This document shows, piece by piece, positions 1-7,310 of a DNA stretch of 24,000 nt. The notes under the pieces are model-generated. The model saw only the letters and a program-made list of their open reading frames with translations, searched no databases and was not told where the DNA came from. The stretch covers positions 1 to 24,000 of the forward strand of contig JADFGZ010000020.1 of the NCBI GenBank assembly GCA_022567475.1, read 5' to 3'. Positions within the stretch are counted from its first letter, which is position 1; every line of letters begins with the position of its first letter. Origin of the DNA: Acidobacteriota bacterium (GTDB taxonomy: Bacteria > Acidobacteriota > Terriglobia > 2-12-FULL-54-10). A program made the position numbers and the translations under genes.

Positions 1-76
1 GGCCGTGAGGGGGCGGACAAATGACGTTTTTCAACAACCTTCTAGATCATCTATAACGGCGTCGGCGTTGCAGGTA

Positions 77-126
77 GGGCAGGCATTCCTGCCTGCCCTT
101 GAGAGGACAGGCCTGGAGGCCTGTCC
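77..126. repeat. Two adjacent GC-rich perfect hairpins (REP-like palindromic units)
   Basis: 77-98 is gggcaggca-ttcc-tgcctgccc and 105-126 is ggacaggcc-tgga-ggcctgtcc. Each is a perfect 9-bp stem with a 4-nt loop. They lie 6 nt apart in a noncoding context. Confidence 0.7.
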
Positions 127-213
127 CTACTGTGGCGGCTGTGCTACACCAACCATGAAAATGGCTTAGAAGTTCAACTGTGATTCAAACTACCCCCTAC
201 ACCATGCCGGTGA

Positions 214-372
214 CAGGCCGGGCGGCTCTTCCAATGCCGGGCCTTGTCCTTATATTTTGCTTGGTACAACTTCTGCCGCGTTCACCGGACACTGAGGGTG
301 ACACCGGCGATGGAAGCGGGGATTGCAGATCACATCTGGACTATTCCTGAACTGTTAGGCGGTACGGCATGA
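214..372 (+). pseudogene. 3' remnant of an IS1-family-like DDE transposase gene (last ~52 codons only)
   Basis: The frame reads QAGRLFQCRALSLYFAWYNFCRVHRTLRVTPAMEAGIADHIWTIPELLGGTA*. There is no start codon, and all three frames upstream (100-213) contain stops. The YNFxRxHxxLxxTPAMxAGxxDHxWxxxEL tail matches, from memory, the conserved C-terminus of IS1-family transposases. Family assignment is not verified. Confidence 0.55.
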
Positions 373-594
373 TTCTGTCTGACTACTGACCGTCTCGCTA
401 TAAGGCACCGCCAGAAATTCTATGATCCGCTCAGCGAATTTCCGGCACTCATCTTCGGAGATTTCCGGTAGAATGTATTGTTCGCCTTCATGGGCAGAGA
501 TTACGATTCCCCCTGTCTTTACCCGACAAATTGAAAGCTCCGTCGATACCCATTTAACTTTTGTGATAGGAGGAATTTCATTTACAATGTCCAA
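355..594 (-). CDS. Hypothetical small protein (79 aa), low-GC
   Basis: Part of track ORF 355..774(-). The sequence upstream of the TTG at 594-592 is R/S-rich antisense-type translation. AGGAGG (complement of 604-609) sits 9 nt before the TTG. The product MDIVNEIPPITKVKWVSTELSICRVKTGGIVISAHEGEQYILPEISEDECRKFAERIIEFL... has protein-like composition. I recognise no family. Confidence 0.5.
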   Translation of the reverse strand: MDIVNEIPPITKVKWVSTELSICRVKTGGIVISAHEGEQYILPEISEDECRKFAERIIEFLAVPYSETVSSQTESCRTA

Positions 595-862
595 ACTAGA
601 TTCCCTCCTTTCCGTTTTGAGATTATGGCCGACTTGGAAAAAGATCGAATCAACCCCAGAGCGAATTAACACATTGGAAAACCGCGTTGCGGAGCTGGAA
701 TCTCGCCTTGCTCGTTGCCCTGGAGAGGGCTGTCCTCGTTGCGGGGAATTGGCGTTTCGAGTACAAACAAGCACGCCACATCCAAATATAATCCCCGCAA
801 TGATCCACCATATGAAGTGTGGAAAGTGCGGTTTTGAGGATCAGCATGTATTAAAGCCATAA
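587..862 (+). CDS. Hypothetical coiled-coil plus 4-Cys zinc-ribbon protein (91 aa), low-GC
   Basis: ATG at 587 is preceded by AGGAGG (568-573). The product is MSKLDSLLSVLRLWPTWKKIESTPERINTLENRVAELESRLARCPGEGCPRCGELAF...MKCGKCGFEDQHVLKP. It has a heptad-like stretch followed by a CPRC...CGKC pair. The track ORF start at 422 is rejected because that extension is antisense to the 355..594 gene. Confidence 0.6.
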   Translation: MSKLDSLLSVLRLWPTWKKIESTPERINTLENRVAELESRLARCPGEGCPRCGELAFRVQTSTPHPNIIPAMIHHMKCGKCGFEDQHVLKP

Positions 863-904
863 CCCAGCAACGCACTTTTAAGACACTACCCAATGCTGAC
901 CGGC

Positions 905-980
905 ACTTTACAAACAGAAGCCGCTCCATGTATTCTATTGCGCTGCGAATTTCAAGGCCAAGCGCCGGTACGGGCACCTC
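905..980 (+). repeat. 76-bp direct repeat, copy A
   Basis: It matches 1281-1356 at 70 of 76 positions (hand alignment, no gaps). It contains TTTACA (907-912), an 18-nt spacer, then TATTCT (931-936). Confidence 0.85.
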
Positions 981-994
981 GCCTAATTATCCAT

Positions 995-1027
995 GTTTAG
1001 CGTCAGGGCACGGTTTTAACCGTGCCG
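995..1027 (+). repeat. REP-like hairpin unit (left, forward orientation)
   Basis: The sequence is gtttagcgtcagGGCACGGTtttaACCGTGCCg, with an 8-bp perfect stem and a 4-nt loop. It is the inverted counterpart of 1226-1258. Confidence 0.75.
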
Positions 1028-1225
1028 AAAAACGACAATTGAATGATTTGTACCTCGCTGCCGCAGGCCGGAGCGGAGCAGCACGCGCAGCGACAGGGCC
1101 AAAGGTTTGAGGCGGCGTGATTCCACATTCCTCCGTTAGCTTAACGCCACGTTCCAGTGAAGCTGCGGCTTCGCCTCCGCTTGAGCCTACGGCAGTGCGG
1201 AAAGACTTAGATGCTGCTACGAGAC

Positions 1226-1258
1226 CGGCACGACTGAAGTCGTGCCCTGACGTCAAAC
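1226..1258 (-). repeat. REP-like hairpin unit (right, inverted orientation)
   Basis: The sequence is cGGCACGACtgaaGTCGTGCCctgacgtcaaac. Its reverse complement aligns with 995-1027 at 25 of 33 positions. The stem differences are compensatory (GGT/ACC versus GAC/GTC). Confidence 0.75.
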
Positions 1259-1280
1259 TGTAGCGATCCCCCCTTGCGCT

Positions 1281-1356
1281 ACTTTACAAACCGAAGCCGC
1301 TCCATGTATTCTATTGCGCTAAGAATTTCAGGGCCAAGCGCCGCTGCGGGCACCTC
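1281..1356 (+). repeat. 76-bp direct repeat, copy B (possible atpDC promoter copy)
   Basis: 92% identical to 905-980 and offset by 376 bp. TTTACA lies at 1283-1288 and TATTCT at 1307-1312, facing atpD, whose start is ~230 nt downstream. Confidence 0.85.
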
Positions 1357-1537
1357 TGCGGATTCCTCTGAGGGTGCAGATGAGGGTGCAGAGGCGTCAC
1401 CGGTACACGGTCCAAATGTTTTCTGATGAACCCTGATGAATAAGACGATGAACAAGGCAAAGACGACCGGACACCTCGGGGCCAAGCTATCCTGAAGGCA
1501 ATCCTGAAGAGGCGAGTCGGCTCGTAGAGAGGATTGA

Positions 1538-2998
<1,461 letters not shown>

Positions 2999-3020
2999 CG
3001 GTTGGCTGCCGACACTCACT

Positions 3021-3428
3021 ATGGCTCAAACATTCCACCTCCGAATTGTTACCCCCACCCAGCAGATCGTCCGGGAGGAAACCGAAGAGATGCAGGTGCC
3101 CGGCAAGGAAGGGTATCTGGGCATCCTGGCCGGCCATGCGCCGCTGCTCTCCGAATTGCAGGTTGGTGAGATCACTTATCGCCAGGGCAGGGAACTCCGC
3201 TATCTGGCGGTGAGTTGGGGGTTCGTGGAGGTCCTGCCGGAGCAGGTGACGGTTCTGGCGGAGACCGCTGAAAAGTCCTCCGATATCGATGTTTCCCGTG
3301 CCCAGGCCTCCAAGGAACGGGCGGAGCGGCGCTTGAACAACCCGGACCCGGACACAGATATTAACCGCGCCACCGTCGCGCTCCAGAAATCTCTGAGCCG
3401 GTTGCAGGTGGCTTCGCACGGGAAATAG
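3021..3428 (+). CDS. atpC: F0F1 ATP synthase subunit epsilon
   Basis: 135 aa from the ATG at 3021, 22 nt after the atpD stop. MAQTFHLRIVTP...GILAGHAPLLSELQVGEI... is a typical epsilon N-terminal beta-sandwich, followed by a helical C-terminus. The track start at 2886 overlaps atpD and is rejected. Confidence 0.93.
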   Translation: MAQTFHLRIVTPTQQIVREETEEMQVPGKEGYLGILAGHAPLLSELQVGEITYRQGRELRYLAVSWGFVEVLPEQVTVLAETAEKSSDIDVSRAQASKERAERRLNNPDPDTDINRATVALQKSLSRLQVASHGK

Positions 3429-3464
3429 GCCTCCTCTTTTCAAAACCCGGGCAAAAGATTTCCG

Positions 3465-3493
3465 CTGCAATCAGGAACCGCAAGAACTATAAT
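3465..3493 (+). promoter_or_regulatory. Candidate recA promoter with a GAAC-N5-GAAC direct repeat in the spacer
   Basis: A perfect TATAAT lies at 3488-3493. A weak -35 (ctgcaa, 3465-3470) gives a 17-nt spacer. GAAC occurs at 3475-3478 and 3484-3487. The site is 70 nt upstream of the recA ATG. Confidence 0.4.
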
Positions 3494-3563
3494 ACAGCAT
3501 CCCTCTACAATGGATTTGGGCCGCGGGAGTAGAGGCCGCAAACTACCTTAAGGAGATGTCTTG

Positions 3564-4652
3564 ATGGCGGAAAAACAGCTGGAACGGACGCGAGCCATTG
3601 ATCTGGCGATGACACAAATCGAAAAGCAGTTCGGCAAGGGTTCCATCATCCGTTTGGGGACGAAGGATGTGGTTCCCGTTTCCGTCATCTCCACGGGCTC
3701 TCTCTCCTTTGACGACGCGCTGGGCGTGGGCGGCATGCCGCGAGGACGCGTGGTGGAGATTTTTGGTCCGGAGTCCAGCGGCAAAACGACGGTCGCTTTG
3801 CAAGTGATCGCGGAAGCGCAGAAGCAAAATGGGATGGCCGCCTTCATCGACGCCGAACACGCGCTCGACCCCGGCTATGCACGCAAACTGGGAGTCGATA
3901 TAGACAACCTGCTGGTTTCGCAACCCGACTACGGGGAGCAGGCCTTGGAGATCGTTGAAGCCCTGGTCCGCTCCAACGCGATCGACATCGTGGTGGTGGA
4001 CTCGGTGGCGGCGCTGGTCCCCAAAGCGGAGTTGGACGGGGAGATGGGCGACTCCCATATGGGATTGCAGGCCCGCCTGATGTCGCAGGCATTGCGGAAG
4101 CTCTCGGGGGTTGTCGCCAAGTCGAACACCTGCCTCCTGTTCATCAATCAGATTCGGGAGAAGATCGGAGTCATATTCGGGAATCCGGAAACAACCACCG
4201 GAGGCCGGGCGCTGAAGTTTTACTCCTCCGTCCGGGTCGACATCCGGCGGATCGCCGCCATCAAGGAAGGCGACCGCGTGGTGGGCAACCGCACCCGGGT
4301 CAAAATCGTGAAGAACAAAGTGGCTGCCCCGTTTCGCAACGCCGAGTTCGACATTCTCTATGGTGAGGGGATCTCCAAAGAGGGTGACCTGCTGGACATG
4401 GCGGTGGAAAAGCGCTTCATCGAGAAGAGCGGCTCCTGGTTTTCCTACGGCAGCGAGCGGATTGGGCAAGGCCGCGAAAACGCCCGCACTTTTCTGCGCG
4501 ACAACCCGGACCTGTGCGACAAGCTGATGACCGAGTTGAGAAAGAGCCTCGGTTTGAGCACAATCAGTGCGCAGCCACCCCCCGACGCTGAAAAAAGCAC
4601 GGCCCAAAGCGCGGCCCAAAGCGCGGCACGAGGCCGCGCCGCCCCCAACTAA
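3564..4652 (+). CDS. recA: Recombinase RecA
   Basis: AGGAG (3551-3555) lies 8 nt before the ATG at 3564. The TTG at 3561 is an alternative start. [14 protein letters not shown], Walker [10 protein letters not shown] and [10 protein letters not shown] show near-canonical RecA throughout. Confidence 0.98.
   Translation: MAEKQLERTRAIDLAMTQIEKQFGKGSIIRLGTKDVVPVSVISTGSLSFDDALGVGGMPRGRVVEIFGPESSGKTTVALQVIAEAQKQNGMAAFIDAEHALDPGYARKLGVDIDNLLVSQPDYGEQALEIVEALVRSNAIDIVVVDSVAALVPKAELDGEMGDSHMGLQARLMSQALRKLSGVVAKSNTCLLFINQIREKIGVIFGNPETTTGGRALKFYSSVRVDIRRIAAIKEGDRVVGNRTRVKIVKNKVAAPFRNAEFDILYGEGISKEGDLLDMAVEKRFIEKSGSWFSYGSERIGQGRENARTFLRDNPDLCDKLMTELRKSLGLSTISAQPPPDAEKSTAQSAAQSAARGRAAPN
4601..4624 (+). 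repeat. Perfect 12-nt tandem duplication inside the recA C-terminal tail
   Basis: ggcccaaagcgc occurs twice (4601-4612 and 4613-4624), encoding the AQSAAQSA tail. Confidence 0.9.
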
Positions 4653-4723
4653 CGGCGACGGGACATCGTTTCATCTTCCACCTTCAGCCTATTGAAACCC
4701 ATCCAGTCAGAATCCTCTTCCCC

Positions 4724-4806
4724 CGTTGAGCGTTCCTTAAGCGTTGAGTCGAGCTTTGCCGAAGCCGAGCTTTCTCCCGGCGGCGCACTTCTGTATAATC
4801 TTCTGT
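4724..4806 (+). promoter_or_regulatory. Candidate bio operon promoter/operator region
   Basis: A perfect TATAAT at 4794-4799 is flanked by the direct repeat cttctgt (4788-4794 and 4800-4806). Upstream direct repeats are cgttgag (4724 and 4742) and cgagcttt (4750 and 4766). The SD aaggag at 4832-4837 precedes the bioB ATG at 4844. No convincing -35 element. Confidence 0.35.
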
Positions 4807-4843
4807 TTGGCGGGTATTTCCTGCGTGTGGAAAGGAGTTTTGA

Positions 4844-5902
4844 ATGCTCTGGCATCAGTTGTCGGAACGAGTTCTGCAAGGCAAGCAAATTTCCCGGGAA
4901 GAGGCGCTACAGGTTCTTGCCGTCCCGCAAGAAGAACTGCTGGAACTAATCGCTGCCTGCTACCGGGTGCGCCGCCATTATCACGGCCAAAAGATCAAAC
5001 TGAACATGCTCATCAACGCCAAAAGCGGCTTGTGCGCGGAGGATTGCTCTTATTGTTCGCAGTCGATTGTCTCCAAGACCGGCGTGGAGCGCTATCCCCT
5101 CCAAAGCCGGGAGGTGTTGCTGGAAGGCGCGCGCCAGGCTCTGGAGGTAAAGGCGCACACCTACTGCATAGTCATCAGCGGACGGCGGCCGACCGAACGG
5201 GAATTAAAGGCGGTTACCGAAGCCGTTCGCGAGATCAAAGAAAAGTTTCCTTTGCGCATCTGTTGCTGCCTAGGGTTGCTGAACGACGAGGAAGTGAAAC
5301 GATTGCGGGATGCCGGCGTGGACCGCATCAACCACAATCTGAACACCTCGGAAGATCGCTACGGCGATGTCTGCAGCACGCACACCTTTCAGGACCGCAC
5401 CGAAACGATCGAGGCCGTCAAGCGGGGCGGTATCTCTTCCTGCTCGGGAGGAATCGTGGGCATGGGGGAGAGTGATGAACAGATCGTGGACTTGGTCTTC
5501 TCGCTTCGGGATATGGACATCGATTCCATCCCCGTCAATTTTTTAATACCCATTCCCGGCACCCCTTTGGCCGGCATCGAGTACCTGACACCGCAGAAAT
5601 GCCTGGCCATTCTGTGCCTGTTCCGCTTGGTGAATCCCAGCAAGGAGATCCGCATCGCGGGCGGACGGGAGTTTCATCTGCGTTCCCTGCAACCGCTGGG
5701 TCTTTATGTTGCTGACTCCATCTTCATCGGCGATTATCTGACCACCCGCGGCGAGGTGCCCGAGGCGGATATGCAAATGCTCCAGGACACAGGGTTCGTT
5801 CCTTCCCTGCCGCCCGGCTGGGAGGCGAAATCGCGTGAACAGGAACTGCCGCCGGAACAGCCTGTCTCGCTGGCAAGCGCCACGGAATCGCGCGACCGGT
5901 AG
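4844..5902 (+). CDS. bioB: Biotin synthase (radical SAM)
   Basis: 352 aa. It has the CAEDCSYCSQS radical-SAM CxxxCxxC cluster motif, BioB-like sequence throughout, and sits in an operon with bioF, bioA and bioD. Confidence 0.95.
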   Translation: MLWHQLSERVLQGKQISREEALQVLAVPQEELLELIAACYRVRRHYHGQKIKLNMLINAKSGLCAEDCSYCSQSIVSKTGVERYPLQSREVLLEGARQALEVKAHTYCIVISGRRPTERELKAVTEAVREIKEKFPLRICCCLGLLNDEEVKRLRDAGVDRINHNLNTSEDRYGDVCSTHTFQDRTETIEAVKRGGISSCSGGIVGMGESDEQIVDLVFSLRDMDIDSIPVNFLIPIPGTPLAGIEYLTPQKCLAILCLFRLVNPSKEIRIAGGREFHLRSLQPLGLYVADSIFIGDYLTTRGEVPEADMQMLQDTGFVPSLPPGWEAKSREQELPPEQPVSLASATESRDR

Positions 5903-5945
5903 ACAATATAGCCGGGCGGCATCGTCCAATCAATGCGTCCGGCAG

Positions 5946-6013
5946 CCTTTGTTAGACGACCTTGTTCAACAAATACGTTCGACAACCTTTGTTTGACAAC
6001 TTAGGTTTGACAA
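5946..6013 (+). repeat. Five tandem degenerate 13-14-nt repeats in the bioB-bioF spacer
   Basis: The units are cctttgttagacga, ccttgttcaacaa, atacgttcgacaa, cctttgtttgacaa and cttaggtttgacaa. Each contains a TTGACA-like hexamer. Perfect TTGACA occurs at 5993-5998 and 6007-6012. Confidence 0.85.
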
Positions 6014-6035
6014 CTACCGCATCGCGAGATAGTTC

Positions 6036-7310
6036 ATGACGGCTTCCCGAACCGAAACCGATTTGACTTCCGATGCCACAGGATTTCTCCGCGAAAGGCT
6101 CTCTACCCTCAAGCAAGCGGGACTGACTCGAAAGCTGCGCGAGTTGAAAGGCGAGCCCGGACCGAAAGTTTGCTGGGATGGCCGACAGGTCTTGCTGCTC
6201 TGTTCCAATAACTACCTCGGACTGGCTGCCGATGAGCGGCTGAAGCAAGCCTCGCTTCAGGCGGTGGAAAACTATGGCTGCGGCGCGACCGGGTCGCGGC
6301 TGATCAGCGGCAACCTGGAGCTTTATGGAAATCTGGAGCGCGACTTGGCGCGTTTTAAGGGCAGCGAAGCTGCGCTGGTTTTTCCCTCCGGGTATCAGGC
6401 CAATCTCGGCACGGTCTCGGCGCTGGCTGGCCCCGGCGACGCAATTTTCAGCGACGCGTTGAATCACGCCAGCTTGATCGACGGCAGCCGTCTGTCGCGT
6501 GCTGAGGTTCTGATTTACGATCACTGTAACGCCGAAGACCTGGAGCGCAAGCTCGCCAGCCGTCCAGCGGCGCGGCGTAAGCTGATCCTGACCGAGTCGG
6601 TCTTTTCGATGGACGGGGACCTGGCCCCGCTGGAAGATATTGTCTGCCTGGCTAAGAAGTACGAAGCCTTGCTGATGGTCGATGAGGCGCATGCAACCGG
6701 CGTTTTTGGGCCCACGGGCGCCGGGCGGATTGAGGCGCTGGGCTTGCAGCAACAGGTGGATATCCAGATGGGGACTTTCAGCAAGGCGCTGGGAAGTTTG
6801 GGCGGCTACATCGCCGGCAGCAAGGAACTGATCCTCTACCTGGTCAACCATGCCCGCAGCTTTATTTTCACGACGGGCCTGCCGCCCGCGGTCCTGGCAG
6901 CCTCTGCGGCGGCTCTGCGTGTTGTCGAGAAGGAACCGCAGCGGCGAAAGGCCTTGTGGCGCAATGTCGCTCAACTGCGGCAGGGCTTGCTGAAGTTAGG
7001 GTTTGATCCGGGCCCGGAACAGAGCCAAATCCTGCCATTGCGGTTGGGCGAGGAGCGGCGCACGATGGCGGCCTGCCGTTTGCTGCTGCGCGAAGGCGTC
7101 TTTGTGCAAGGGATACGTCCTCCAACCGTCCCGCGCGGCACGGCCCGGCTGCGTATCTGTCCGATGGCGCTCCATACCGACGATGACATCCAGGAAGCAT
7201 TGGCAGGATTCCACAAACTGCGCTCTGCTTTATTTTCTCCGAAACGGCGGGCTGCTTCGGCAAGCATGGCCTCGGCAGCCGCTCCTTCACAGCCGGTTTC
7301 TACATCATGA
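6036..7310 (+). CDS. bioF: 8-amino-7-oxononanoate synthase
   Basis: 424 aa with PLP-dependent acyltransferase motifs (SNNYLGL, DEAHATG, TFSKALGSLGG with the PLP lysine). The stop overlaps the bioA ATG in an ATGA 4-nt overlap. Confidence 0.93.
   Translation: MTASRTETDLTSDATGFLRERLSTLKQAGLTRKLRELKGEPGPKVCWDGRQVLLLCSNNYLGLAADERLKQASLQAVENYGCGATGSRLISGNLELYGNLERDLARFKGSEAALVFPSGYQANLGTVSALAGPGDAIFSDALNHASLIDGSRLSRAEVLIYDHCNAEDLERKLASRPAARRKLILTESVFSMDGDLAPLEDIVCLAKKYEALLMVDEAHATGVFGPTGAGRIEALGLQQQVDIQMGTFSKALGSLGGYIAGSKELILYLVNHARSFIFTTGLPPAVLAASAAALRVVEKEPQRRKALWRNVAQLRQGLLKLGFDPGPEQSQILPLRLGEERRTMAACRLLLREGVFVQGIRPPTVPRGTARLRICPMALHTDDDIQEALAGFHKLRSALFSPKRRAASASMASAAAPSQPVSTS

Noticed and set aside
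100-213. More of the transposase upstream of 214 in other frames
   Set aside because: I translated all three frames. Each has stops and none continues the expected ...FSKKxENH... region, so only the 3' stump is called.
422-774. Longer versions of the two small genes (422..862 + and 355..774 -) that would overlap by ~350 nt
   Set aside because: The extensions are S/R-rich and each is antisense to the more protein-like part of the partner. Strong SD sequences sit immediately before the inner starts (587 and 594). I therefore call the short, barely overlapping versions.
928-1256. ORFs 928..1110 (+) and 987..1256 (-) as genes
   Set aside because: They read straight through the REP-like hairpins, giving SGHGFNRA and SGHDFSRA peptides, and through the 76-bp repeat. 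They have A/G/R-rich low complexity and no SD. I treat them as repeat translation artefacts.
3543-4619. 358-aa minus-strand ORF opposite recA
   Set aside because: It is an antisense shadow. recA on the plus strand is near-canonical along its entire length.
5946-6013. CRISPR array
   Set aside because: The period is only 13-14 nt, there are no unique spacers, the units are degenerate and no cas genes are present.
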